A DNA stretch of 42,183 bases from a bacterium (GCA_003354045.1 PIVZ01000002.1:1-42183), one strand, 5' to 3'. Positions 13,585 through 22,280 are shown, numbered from the stretch's first letter. A program made the numbers and translations. The notes: generated by a model not told the origin, from the letters alone.

Positions 13585-13929
13585 TCACGGTCGTTCTCCT
13601 TGGTTGTTGCTGCGTGGACACAGCGCGTGAATCTCTTCGGCACAGCGTTGGCAGTACCGGCTGAATGAAAGGCTCTCCTCTCCACATCCGATGGAGGCGC
13701 ATGTCTCGACAGTCTTCTGTGATTCGAGGAAGACCTTGATGGAGGGGTACGTCCGCTCCTTCATCTCTCTCGGAGGGGCCAGCGGCTTTGCCCAGGAGGG
13801 TGCGTAGCTCTTGCCCTGATAGCTCACGAAAACAGTCCCCACCCAGAGGCGGCCCCAAGGAACAGCGCACCCATCACCGCCGCAATGACCCACGGCACGA
13901 GCCAGAGCCATGACGCAGCACCCTTGCAC
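13585..13929 (-). CDS. Small protein with a C-terminal Zn-ribbon.
   Basis: 114 aa. TCASIGCGEESLSFSRYCQRC. The reality of the N-terminal half is uncertain. Confidence 0.45.
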   Translation of the reverse strand: MQGCCVMALARAVGHCGGDGCAVPWGRLWVGTVFVSYQGKSYAPSWAKPLAPPREMKERTYPSIKVFLESQKTVETCASIGCGEESLSFSRYCQRCAEEIHALCPRSNNQGERP

Positions 13930-13932
13930 TCC

Positions 13933-14175
13933 TCACGCACCAAAGAATCCACCGAGGCATACAGTTCGTTCATATCGTCTCTTCCAGTACTGGTTGAAGG
14001 AATCGACCATGTTCACCACGCGACATGGCAAACAGTGGCGGTCGAGGACGGACTTCTCGCCCCGGACGAAGACCATTGCCGGAGCGCCGCACCCCGCCCC
14101 TGCGCAGAGTGTCGGGCCAGCGGCTGTGGTGATCGGGAGGAGTTCCGGGGCGAGACGTCGCTTACGCTTCTTCAT
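13933..14175 (-). CDS. Small basic Zn-ribbon protein.
   Basis: 80 aa. MKKRKRR ... LCAGAGCGAPAMVFVRGEKSVLDRHCLPC, the same C-x3-GC...C-x2-C layout as the next gene. Confidence 0.5.
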   Translation of the reverse strand: MKKRKRRLAPELLPITTAAGPTLCAGAGCGAPAMVFVRGEKSVLDRHCLPCRVVNMVDSFNQYWKRRYERTVCLGGFFGA

Positions 14176-14245
14176 GACGTGGACCCATCGTACTTCTCAT
14201 GAGCCCGTAGCCACGCATCGCCGATCGATGACGGGCTCAACTCTA

Positions 14246-14467
14246 TCATGGGATGTGGACCTGTTCGACGGCGTCGATACGGGATTCGAGGTCGATGACG
14301 TCAATCCAGTTCGAGATTACTGTCCCGATCAGGACGCCCAAGGCTATGGCTAGCGGCGCCATCCGTAGCACTCTCTTCCAGAAGTTCCGCCACGCTCTTT
14401 GCCGCTGGGATTTCAGGATGAGGGGTCTCGGGTCTCGCGGTTCGTCGTGTCGTCCTCTGCCAACCAT
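14246..14467 (-). CDS. Single-pass membrane protein.
   Basis: 73 aa from ATG 14467 (GGAGGA upstream). Basic N-terminus followed by the TM segment MAPLAIALGVLIGTVISNWI. Confidence 0.55.
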   Translation of the reverse strand: MVGRGRHDEPRDPRPLILKSQRQRAWRNFWKRVLRMAPLAIALGVLIGTVISNWIDVIDLESRIDAVEQVHIP

Positions 14468-14484
14468 CTCTTCCTCCAATCGGA

Positions 14485-14504
14485 AACGGGGCTGATTCCC
14501 CGTT
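14485..14504. other. Hairpin AACGGGG-ctgatt-CCCCGTT in the divergent control region.
   Basis: 7-bp perfect stem with a 6-nt loop. It would lie in the 5' UTR of the leftward transcript, just upstream of its SD. Confidence 0.4.
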
Positions 14505-14518
14505 CTCAGGATCCCCTC

Positions 14519-14547
14519 TTGCCAGAACCCGCCTCTACATGTAGATT
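14519..14547 (+). promoter_or_regulatory. Putative late-operon promoter TTGCCA - 17 nt - TAGATT.
   Basis: Hexamers at 14519-14524 and 14542-14547. The -10 is formed by the right arm of the 12-bp palindrome. Confidence 0.45.
14534..14545. promoter_or_regulatory. Candidate operator O3: perfect 12-bp palindrome TCTACATGTAGA.
   Basis: Lies between the divergent early (14467, leftward) and late (14582, rightward) genes. Same half-sites as O1 and O2. Confidence 0.5.
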
Positions 14548-14566
14548 GCCCTGCAGGGGAAGTCAA
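14538..14566 (-). promoter_or_regulatory. Possible leftward early promoter TTGACT - 17 nt - TACATG.
   Basis: Reverse complement of 14561-14566 is TTGACT. The geometry is identical to 6893-6865 (TTGACT-17-TACACG). The -10 is non-canonical. Confidence 0.3.
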
Positions 14567-14581
14567 CCACAGGAGGCAGAA

Positions 14582-14809
14582 ATGCCCACAAAGCACGTCA
14601 AGACCGTTCACATCTACGATGTTCGCAGGGTTCGACCCGCGCTGATCGAGAGTCTACGCGACGCGGAGGATGGAGAATTCGTCGCCGCGGAGCGTGTGGA
14701 GCTTGACTCGTTCGTGACGCTGGAGATCCTCGACGGGCAGATGGAGCGCATGTACGAGGAGCGAACCGGCCAGAAGCTGCCGAAGAAGAAGGCGGCGGGG
14801 AAGGGATGA
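14582..14809 (+). CDS. Hypothetical protein, first gene of the late operon.
   Basis: 75 aa from ATG 14582 (AGGAGG upstream). No TM segment. Confidence 0.6.
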   Translation: MPTKHVKTVHIYDVRRVRPALIESLRDAEDGEFVAAERVELDSFVTLEILDGQMERMYEERTGQKLPKKKAAGKG

Positions 14810-15282
14810 ACGCTTGGAGTCGTCAGTCGACCATCAATCTCGATTCCTGCCATGTGGACCTGAAGAGGCTTTTCGATCGCGTGCTGAAGATTCAGGACTG
14901 CACGGTGCTCTGTGGGTTTCGTGGTCCGGAAGAGCAGCGCGAGGCCTTCAGAACTGGCCACTCGAAGCTCGACTGGCCGGAATCGCTCCACAACTGCCGC
15001 AACGTCACCCCGCTTGAGCGTGGCGTGGATCCCAACACGGGATCGTGGGCGGAAGACGTCATCGGACTCGGGCGGTCGACGGTTACCCCGCGTAGCCACG
15101 CTGTCGACGTCGTGCCGTACCCGATCGACTGGACCGACCGCTACCGATTCGCGTGGTTCGCCGGGACCGTTCGGGGCGTGGCCTCCGAGCTGCGGATTCC
15201 GGTATACTGGGGCGGAAACTGGGACGGTGGGGACCTCGAGCGCCAGTCGTTCGACGACCTCGTCCACTTCGAAATCAGGTGA
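14806..15282 (+). CDS. Peptidase M15 (VanY / L-alanyl-D-glutamate peptidase type) endolysin.
   Basis: 158 aa. CGFRGPEEQREAF, RSHAVDVVP and DLVHFEI match the M15 zinc-peptidase motif series. Confidence 0.85.
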   Translation: MNAWSRQSTINLDSCHVDLKRLFDRVLKIQDCTVLCGFRGPEEQREAFRTGHSKLDWPESLHNCRNVTPLERGVDPNTGSWAEDVIGLGRSTVTPRSHAVDVVPYPIDWTDRYRFAWFAGTVRGVASELRIPVYWGGNWDGGDLERQSFDDLVHFEIR

Positions 15283-15288
15283 CACGCC

Positions 15289-15852
15289 ATGCCGAGGCCA
15301 TCTCGCCCCAGGTCCGAAGTCGACGATGTCCTCGATGAGGGGGACACCGTAGACATCCAAGCCCTCGCAAAGGAGCACGCGGCCGAGATGGTCGGAGTCC
15401 TCGTCCAGGGGGCGAAGAGCGTCAACGACGAGGGCAATCCGCTCCGGGGCAAGGCGAAGGTCCCGTGGTCAGTCCGAGCCAAGGCCGCCAAGGATGTGGT
15501 TGAGATCGCCGAGGGTCGCCCTGCAACGAAGGAAATCGCCCAACTCGATACGGGGCTCACGATCGTCGTCCAGACGCTCATAGGCGAAGGCAGGCGCGAA
15601 GAGAAGGTCATCCTCACCAATGTTGCGGGTGGGAATGCCCACGAGTTGCGGGAAACCCACACGATGGAAGTTGACGATCTCCAAATAGTGAGTGAACCTC
15701 TGCTGGGCAAAGGGGGGGAACCACCATGCGAGAGAAACCATCCGGATTCGGAAGAATGTCAGGAGGTGGAGGTCGAGCCCTCGATTCCCCATCCATCGGA
15801 CAAGAAGGATCCCTCTCAGGGCACGGCGAAGCAGAACCCGCGCCTTCCATAG
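15289..15852 (+). CDS. terS: Putative terminase small subunit.
   Basis: 187 aa, directly upstream of TerL. PWSVRAKAAKDVVEIAEGRPA resembles the (R/K)xxAAxxLLdRGxGKP segment common in TerS proteins. The 3' end is ambiguous (see findings). Confidence 0.6.
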   Translation: MPRPSRPRSEVDDVLDEGDTVDIQALAKEHAAEMVGVLVQGAKSVNDEGNPLRGKAKVPWSVRAKAAKDVVEIAEGRPATKEIAQLDTGLTIVVQTLIGEGRREEKVILTNVAGGNAHELRETHTMEVDDLQIVSEPLLGKGGEPPCERNHPDSEECQEVEVEPSIPHPSDKKDPSQGTAKQNPRLP

Positions 15853-15959
15853 GCAAGGACAAGCAGGCAGCCAAGAACAAGCCCAAGTCCCTGAACCTCG
15901 AGAGTGAGGATTGGGGCGGGAATGTTTGCGGGTCCTACAGCCGATCCTTCAACGTCTAG
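15726..15959 (+). CDS. Possible overlapping small ORF or frameshift extension at the TerS 3' end.
   Basis: The frame shows high third-position G+C only after 15852 (hand count). ATG at 15726 follows a G7 run. Confidence 0.25.
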   Translation: MREKPSGFGRMSGGGGRALDSPSIGQEGSLSGHGEAEPAPSIGKDKQAAKNKPKSLNLESEDWGGNVCGSYSRSFNV

Positions 15960-15972
15960 GCAGGAGCCACCG

Positions 15973-16158
15973 ATGGAACCCAAGCGACAGACCGGCGACG
16001 CGACCGGCGGGCCTTCGACCAAGTTCGAGAAGCCGACCGACAAGCCGCCCAAGCAGTACACCGCCAACGAGACGACTCCGCGTGACAACTTCCACGAAGA
16101 GCCGGTGGACAGCAGCTTCGAGAACCCAGGCGACCTCAGCACGCGCTTCATGAAGTAG
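15973..16158 (+). CDS. Small Pro/Thr/Lys-rich hypothetical protein.
   Basis: 61 aa from ATG 15973 (AGGAG upstream). Confidence 0.45.
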   Translation: MEPKRQTGDATGGPSTKFEKPTDKPPKQYTANETTPRDNFHEEPVDSSFENPGDLSTRFMK

Positions 16159-16162
16159 CCCG

Positions 16163-17473
16163 ATGCCCCAGATCGCGATGCCCCACCTGTGGCACCCCCG
16201 CGTCTACCAAGAGAAAGCGTGGGGCGCGTTAGAGAACGGCATCAAGAGAGTTGTCCTCGTCTGGCATCGTCGTACGGGCAAGGATCTCACCGCGCTCAAC
16301 TGGATCGCGACCGAGGCGTTCCGCCGTCCCGGCATGTATTGGCACCTTCTGCCAACCTTCTCACAAGGCCGCAGGGTCATCTGGGAGGGGATGGACCACG
16401 GCGGCCGGCCCTTCCTCGACGCCTTCCCCAAAGACGCCATCAAGCGCAAGCTCGAACAGCAGATGCAGCTGGAGCTCCACGGCGGCAGCAAGTTCCAAGT
16501 TGTCGGATCCGATGAGATCGATCGCCTAGTCGGAGCGAATCCAGTCGGGCTCGTGATGAGCGAGTACCCGCTCCAGAACCCGGCAGCCTGGGAACTGCTC
16601 TCCCCGATCATCGCCAGCAACGATGGATTCGTGATCTTCCCCTACACCCCGCGCGGCCACAATCACGGCTGGGATCTTCTGGAGTTCGCGCGCGGCCACA
16701 AAGACCGCTGGTTCTCAGAGATCCTCACGGTCGACGACACCAACATCGTGCCTCCGGAGATGTTGGCTGAAGAGAAGGAGATGCTGCCGAAGGAGATCTT
16801 CGAGCAGGAGTACTACTGCAGCTTCAACGCATCGCTGGTCGGCGCCTACTACAAGGAGCAGCTGGCCTGGATGGAGACCCAGGACCCGCCGCGCATCTCC
16901 GACAACGTCAGCTGGCTGCCCAACAAGCCAGTCATCTGCGGCTGGGACCTCGGATTCGCCGACATGGCGGTCTGCTGGTTTGCCCAAGTGATCGGAAGCG
17001 AGATCCGGATAATCGACTTCGAACAGGCCTCGGGACGCACGGTCGACGCTTGGGCCAAGGTGCTGCGGGAGAAGCCCTACACCTACGATGTGATGAAGCT
17101 GCCGTACGATTCGAGCCAGCACACGATGCTCTCCCAGTACTCGGTCGAGGAGCAGTTCACGAGCCTCGGGTTCAATTGTCAGCGCCCCTTCGTTCCCATC
17201 CCGCTCCACGAGCAGCATGCGACCGTCCGTCTCCTACTGCGCCAGTGTTGGATCCACAAGACGATGTGCAAGTTGGGCATCTCGGCCCTGCGCGAATACA
17301 CGAAGAAGCCGGTGCCAGGACAGCGCGGCCCGAACAACGAGCAGCTCTACCAAGACGTTCCCCTCCACAACTGGGCTTCTCACCCGGCCTCAGGGCTCGC
17401 GACGCTGCTCTGCGCGTTCCAGCCCGAGGACTACGGCGAGTTCAAACAGCCCGATGCGAGCTACGTCGTATGA
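16163..17473 (+). CDS. terL: Terminase large subunit.
   Basis: 436 aa. VVLVWHRRTGKDLTA (Walker A-like), ...GANPVGLVMSEYP (Walker B-like) and a C-terminal nuclease-like half. Lies before the portal gene. Confidence 0.9.
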   Translation: MPQIAMPHLWHPRVYQEKAWGALENGIKRVVLVWHRRTGKDLTALNWIATEAFRRPGMYWHLLPTFSQGRRVIWEGMDHGGRPFLDAFPKDAIKRKLEQQMQLELHGGSKFQVVGSDEIDRLVGANPVGLVMSEYPLQNPAAWELLSPIIASNDGFVIFPYTPRGHNHGWDLLEFARGHKDRWFSEILTVDDTNIVPPEMLAEEKEMLPKEIFEQEYYCSFNASLVGAYYKEQLAWMETQDPPRISDNVSWLPNKPVICGWDLGFADMAVCWFAQVIGSEIRIIDFEQASGRTVDAWAKVLREKPYTYDVMKLPYDSSQHTMLSQYSVEEQFTSLGFNCQRPFVPIPLHEQHATVRLLLRQCWIHKTMCKLGISALREYTKKPVPGQRGPNNEQLYQDVPLHNWASHPASGLATLLCAFQPEDYGEFKQPDASYVV

Positions 17474-17709
17474 AGATGAAACCAGAGGACGTGAAGGATC
17501 TCCGCACCATCCATCAGGCAGTGAGGGAACTGATGGTGAAGAGCGCTCAGGACGACCAGGCGATCGCCTGTCTTGAGGCGCGGTTGGAGGACGTCGAGAC
17601 AAAGCAGGGCTACCTCGCTCGGCGGCCGAAGATCGCGATTCCGAGATTTCCCCGTATCCTGCGGCAATACGGGATGGTTCCACCACATGAGAAAGGGGCC
17701 GCGCCATGA
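17470..17709 (+). CDS. Hypothetical protein.
   Basis: 79 aa. ATGA overlaps with both TerL and portal. Confidence 0.55.
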   Translation: MKMKPEDVKDLRTIHQAVRELMVKSAQDDQAIACLEARLEDVETKQGYLARRPKIAIPRFPRILRQYGMVPPHEKGAAP

Positions 17710-19829
17710 GTCTCGAACCGATGAGTTCTATGGATGCCGACGAAGGTCTTCCGCCGATGGGGCTCGATGCCGTCCGCGGTGAAGCAGGCCACCCGCTCGA
17801 CGAGATCGAAGTGAAGGGGATCCTCCAGCGCGAGATCGAGGATTCTCTTGGGGGGCTCGGGTCCCAGGTCTCCGAAGAGCGCCGCACCGCGATTCGCCTC
17901 TTCTACGGCCGCCCCCTTGGCAACGAGATCAAGGACCGCAGCCAGGTCGTGATGATGGACGTCCTCGAGGTAATCGAATGGACGATGCCTTCGCTCATGG
18001 CCATGTTCACGGGTGGGATGAGGACGGTGCGCTACACCCCGAAACGCCCCGACACCCAGCATGCCTGTGATATCGCTACTGCCGTCGTGAACGACCGCTT
18101 CTACTCCGACGACGTGAAGGGCTTCCAGGTCCTCTACGACTGGTTCAAGACCTGCTTGATGGAGAAGAACGGCTTCGTCGAGACGTTCTACGAAGAGCGG
18201 CACCACCCGTCTTGGAAGTCCTACACGGGCCTTACCGATGTCGAGCTCATGGGCTTGATGGACGACGAGTCGGCAGAACCCGTCGCCCACGAAGAGTACG
18301 AAGAGACCATCGGCGGGGAGACTCAGACATTCCACGACCTCACGATGAAGAAGATCAAGATCGAACGCGGCGTGAAGGTGGAGGGCATTCCACCCGAAGA
18401 GTTCCTGATTGCACGCCGTACGATCAAGCTGGACGACAAGACTGCATTTTGTGGGCGCCGGCGCAAGATGACGATCAGCGACCTAGTCGAGCTTGGCCAC
18501 GACTTCGAGGAGGTGGCGAACCTCCCGAACGACGATTCCCCAGAGTACTCCCAGGGCCGAACTGAGCGCCTCTCGGAGGACGAGACTTACCCTATCTCCA
18601 CCGCGGAGCGCATGGATCCGGCCTCTCGCGAGTTGTGGGTCACCGACTGCATCATCCGGATTGACGAGGATGGCGATGGTTACGCGGAGCTTCGGCGTAT
18701 CCGGGTGGTTGGCGAGCAATCGCTACACATCCTCTCCGACGAGATCATCAACCGGAATCCGTTCTCCTCGATCACTCCGGTGCCGATGCCCCACAAGTTC
18801 TTCGGCCAGTCGCTGGCGGATCTGGTTGCCGACCTCCAGATCATCCGGTCGACCATCATGCGGCAGATTCTCGATCACCTGTATCTGTCGACGAACCCGC
18901 GTCTCGCGGTGGTTGAGGGACAGGTGAATCTCGACGACCTCCTGACCGTCCGCCCTGGCGGCCTTGTCCGGCAGCGTCAGATTGGGATGATCGAACCGAT
19001 CCAATTGCCGAACCTTCCTCGCGAGGCCTTCGAGGCGCTCACCTACTTGGAGGAGGTCAGGACCAACCGCACCGGCATCCTCGCCCATGGCAAGGAGGTC
19101 GACGCCTCGGCAATCAACTCGACCGCGACGGGTCTGGCTCAGCTCATGGCCGAGAAGCAGCAGAAGATCGCGCTCATTGGCCGCATCCTCGCCGAGACTG
19201 GCCTGCAGGACATGTTCTACAAGTTCCTCTGCGAGACGATCGAGAACGCAACGAAGGCAGAACAGGTCCACGTTGCGGGTGAGTGGGTGGAATACGACGC
19301 ACGCGAGTGGGACATCGATATGGGCTGCGAGGTCGAGGTGGGACTCGGCGCGGCCCAGGCAATCGAGCGGCTTTCGAATCTCGATCGGGTACGAGATCGG
19401 ATGGGCGAGATGGACGCTTCGGGCCTTGGCTACACCGTGACTCCGGCGAATCGCTACAACCTCGCTCGAGCTACTGCCGAGGCAGCGGGGTTCAAGAACC
19501 CGGACCTCTTTTTCACCGATCCCGCTTCGATGGAACCGCCCCCGCCGCAGCCAGACCCAGAGATGGAGAAGCTCCAGTTCGAGGTCGAGAAGAGCAAGGC
19601 CGAGATGCAGCTGAAGGCGGCGCAGCTAGACCTCGATCGCTTCAAGGAGACGAACCTCGTCCGGCATCGCGCCGAGGAGTTGGCGATGAACGAGCGGATG
19701 AAGCTGGCCCAGATCGAGTCTCAGCGAATCATCGCCCTTGGTCAGCAGGAGGCGACCGAGGAGGCGGCACGCATCTCGGCTGAAGCGCGCGAGGGAGAGG
19801 GCGCCGAGACCGAGGAGGGAGAGGACTGA
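17706..19829 (+). CDS. Portal protein.
   Basis: 707 aa, immediately after TerL, with an acidic C-terminal tail. Call rests on size and position. Confidence 0.85.
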   Translation: MSLEPMSSMDADEGLPPMGLDAVRGEAGHPLDEIEVKGILQREIEDSLGGLGSQVSEERRTAIRLFYGRPLGNEIKDRSQVVMMDVLEVIEWTMPSLMAMFTGGMRTVRYTPKRPDTQHACDIATAVVNDRFYSDDVKGFQVLYDWFKTCLMEKNGFVETFYEERHHPSWKSYTGLTDVELMGLMDDESAEPVAHEEYEETIGGETQTFHDLTMKKIKIERGVKVEGIPPEEFLIARRTIKLDDKTAFCGRRRKMTISDLVELGHDFEEVANLPNDDSPEYSQGRTERLSEDETYPISTAERMDPASRELWVTDCIIRIDEDGDGYAELRRIRVVGEQSLHILSDEIINRNPFSSITPVPMPHKFFGQSLADLVADLQIIRSTIMRQILDHLYLSTNPRLAVVEGQVNLDDLLTVRPGGLVRQRQIGMIEPIQLPNLPREAFEALTYLEEVRTNRTGILAHGKEVDASAINSTATGLAQLMAEKQQKIALIGRILAETGLQDMFYKFLCETIENATKAEQVHVAGEWVEYDAREWDIDMGCEVEVGLGAAQAIERLSNLDRVRDRMGEMDASGLGYTVTPANRYNLARATAEAAGFKNPDLFFTDPASMEPPPPQPDPEMEKLQFEVEKSKAEMQLKAAQLDLDRFKETNLVRHRAEELAMNERMKLAQIESQRIIALGQQEATEEAARISAEAREGEGAETEEGED

Positions 19830-19830
19830 G

Positions 19831-20118
19831 ATGGCAGACGAAGAAGCCCAGAAGCAGCGAAGTCACGAAGCCGAAGCGCTGCTCAGCCACCCCCTCATGC
19901 TGGAGGCGTTCAGAGCCATCCGAGACGAATGTGTACGGGAGTTCTCGGAGTCGGAGATTGCCGATGAAGACGCACGCACGCGCGCTCGGCACAAACTCGA
20001 AGGATTGAAGCAGGTCACCGTCGCATTGTACCGCCACGTCGAGACTGGCAAACTTTTGCGTGAGGGTGAGGAGAACGACGAGCAGATGGAGGCGTTCCTT
20101 CACCAATTTGGTCTCTAG
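19831..20118 (+). CDS. Hypothetical protein.
   Basis: 95 aa from ATG 19831 (GGAGAGGA upstream). Confidence 0.6.
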   Translation: MADEEAQKQRSHEAEALLSHPLMLEAFRAIRDECVREFSESEIADEDARTRARHKLEGLKQVTVALYRHVETGKLLREGEENDEQMEAFLHQFGL

Positions 20119-20160
20119 ATAGCGGCTAAACGCCTACGGGCGTCAGGAGACGGTGAACGA

Positions 20161-21243
20161 ATGTCGATGGATCTCAGCGTGAACGAAGACGTCGCTCGTC
20201 TGTTCGAAACTCATTTGGACGAAGCAGACGGACTTTCACCCGAAAAAACTGCCACCACTTCAGAGGACCGGGATACCGAGGGGGAAGAACCCCACGCGGA
20301 AGAGCGCAGACCAAAGCTCCGGCAGGTAGAGGAAGAGACCGCCGAAGAGGCCCCCGAAGGCGACCAGGAAGAACTCGATACCAGCGCCGAAGAGGGCGCC
20401 GAAGCCGAGGGTGAAGAAGAGGGCGAGGATTTCATCGAGACGTGGGCAGAGCTTGCTGAGACGTTCGAAGTTCCTCCCGACGACCTGCTGGGCCACATCC
20501 AGATCGAGGGCCGTGGCGACGATCTCGTACCGCTTCAGCAGATCGTGAGCGAATGGCGAGAGGCTCCCAACCTGATTTCCCGCGGTGAGGCCGAACTCGG
20601 CGAACTCCGTGCTGAGCAGACCAAGGTCCACGACGAGCGCATCGAGCAGCTCCAGGCCCAGACCCTCACGCTGATGCAGCGCCTTGAGTCCGAGAACCAC
20701 AGTGAAGAGTGGTGGGCCAAGCTTCGCGACGATAACCCCGGCGAGTGGATCAAGCGCAACGAGCAGCGCAACCAGGACAAGCGCTCGGTCGAAGAGGCTT
20801 TCGCGACCATGAGGTCCGAGGGCGAACGCCGGTCGAAGGTCGAGGCCGAAGATCACGATCGCTACGTCTCCGAACAGGCCGACCTCCTCTACAAGCTTCG
20901 TCCCGCCTGGAAGGACGAGAATGCCGGCAAGGCTGCCCACGCCGACATCACCGAGATACTCAATCGCAGCAAGTTCTCAGACGAGCAGAAGCGGAACTTG
21001 GTGGATGCGAAGTCCATCGAGATCGTCTGGAAGGCTGCCCAGTGGGATAAGTCGCAGGACAAGAAGCCTGCGCTTAAAAAGCGTCTGCGTCGATTGCCAC
21101 GGAAACACCGTGCGTCTTCGGCTCGTGACGAACGGCCGCAGGTAGCTGCAGCCGACAAGCGCTATCAATCCTCCTCCGACAAACTCCGGGAGACCGGGAA
21201 GTTCGAAGATGGGGTTGAGGCATTTGAAAGGTTCCTCGAATGA
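20161..21243 (+). CDS. Scaffolding protein.
   Basis: 360 aa. Very acidic and helical (EEEGEDF..., long Glu/Lys/Arg/Gln stretches). Lies between portal and major capsid genes. Confidence 0.7.
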   Translation: MSMDLSVNEDVARLFETHLDEADGLSPEKTATTSEDRDTEGEEPHAEERRPKLRQVEEETAEEAPEGDQEELDTSAEEGAEAEGEEEGEDFIETWAELAETFEVPPDDLLGHIQIEGRGDDLVPLQQIVSEWREAPNLISRGEAELGELRAEQTKVHDERIEQLQAQTLTLMQRLESENHSEEWWAKLRDDNPGEWIKRNEQRNQDKRSVEEAFATMRSEGERRSKVEAEDHDRYVSEQADLLYKLRPAWKDENAGKAAHADITEILNRSKFSDEQKRNLVDAKSIEIVWKAAQWDKSQDKKPALKKRLRRLPRKHRASSARDERPQVAAADKRYQSSSDKLRETGKFEDGVEAFERFLE

Positions 21244-22280
21244 CTGTCACCTTCAACAAGTCTCACGAAACGTACATCACCGGAGGTTCGACCATGGTCA
21301 CGGCGATCCGGGAAGATCTATCCGATCTGATCTACAACATCTCGCCGACCGAAACGCCCTTCATGATGATGGCGGGTCGAGGCAGCTGTCAGTCCACGAA
21401 GCACGAGTGGCAGATGGACAAGCTCGACGCCGCCGCCGACAACGCAAAAGACGAGGGGCTTCTGGTCGACAACACGGAACTCGAGACTCCGGTGCAGTCG
21501 GTTCGCGTCTTCAACTACACCCAGATCAGCTCGAAGAGCATCTCGGTCACCGGGACGATGGAAGTCGTCAACAAGGCGGGTCGCAACTCCGAGCTGAGCT
21601 ACCAGCTGGCGAAGCGCTCGAAGGAGATCAAGCGAGACATCGAGTTCCAGTGTGTCGGCAACACCGCTGCACTCGGCGCTTCGGTAGCCGGTACTGCAGA
21701 TGGTGCCGCATCGCGTCGAGCTGGTTCCGTGCAGGCTTCCTTCCACGCCGACTGGTATCAGAGTGGCCCAGGCCTCGACGGCACCCACATCTCACGCGGC
21801 GCAGGTGCTGGTGCGGATGGCGGATGGGATGCCGCGACGGGTATCTGGGACGCCCATGTGCTGGGCACTGCTCGGCCGCTCTTGGAGAGCGATCTCAAGG
21901 GTGTGATCCAGGGTGCATGGACAAACGGTGGTGACCCGACTGTCATCATGGTCGGTGGATTCAACAAGACCCAGATCTCGACCTTCACCGGCAACTCGAC
22001 GCGGTTCGACCGTGGTGAGGACAAGCGCCTGGTGGCAGCGATCGACGTGTACGAATCCGATTTCGGGACCCACAGGGTAATCCCGAATCGCTTCCAGCGT
22101 GCCGATGATTGCTTCTGCTTCACGCCGGAGCTGAACACGATCTGCTACTTGCGGCCGTTCCGTCAGCACGCACTCGCGAAGACCGGCGACTCGGAAGAGC
22201 GACAGCTGCTCGCCGAGTGGACGATCAAGCACTCGAACAACGCTGGCAACGCGATCGTCGCGGATCTCACGACCTCTTAA
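21240..22280 (+). CDS. Major capsid protein (DUF5309/SU10-type, HK97 fold).
   Basis: 346 aa. REDLSDLIYNISPTETPFMMMAGRGSCQSTKHEWQMDKLD matches the N-terminal signature I recall for this capsid family. Confidence 0.85.
   Translation: MTVTFNKSHETYITGGSTMVTAIREDLSDLIYNISPTETPFMMMAGRGSCQSTKHEWQMDKLDAAADNAKDEGLLVDNTELETPVQSVRVFNYTQISSKSISVTGTMEVVNKAGRNSELSYQLAKRSKEIKRDIEFQCVGNTAALGASVAGTADGAASRRAGSVQASFHADWYQSGPGLDGTHISRGAGAGADGGWDAATGIWDAHVLGTARPLLESDLKGVIQGAWTNGGDPTVIMVGGFNKTQISTFTGNSTRFDRGEDKRLVAAIDVYESDFGTHRVIPNRFQRADDCFCFTPELNTICYLRPFRQHALAKTGDSEERQLLAEWTIKHSNNAGNAIVADLTTS

Noticed and set aside
15692-15907. 71-aa ORF in the third frame at the TerS 3' end.
   Set aside because: The product is almost pure Arg/basic low complexity (RRWRSSPRFPIHRTRRIPLRARRSRTRAF), and the other two frames carry the coding signal.
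17610-18335. 241-aa ORF on the - strand inside the portal gene.
   Set aside because: It is antisense to the portal coding frame and its composition (Val/Gly/His/Arg/Asp runs) mirrors portal codons. The same reasoning applies to 18723-19271 (-) and 20260-20940 (-).
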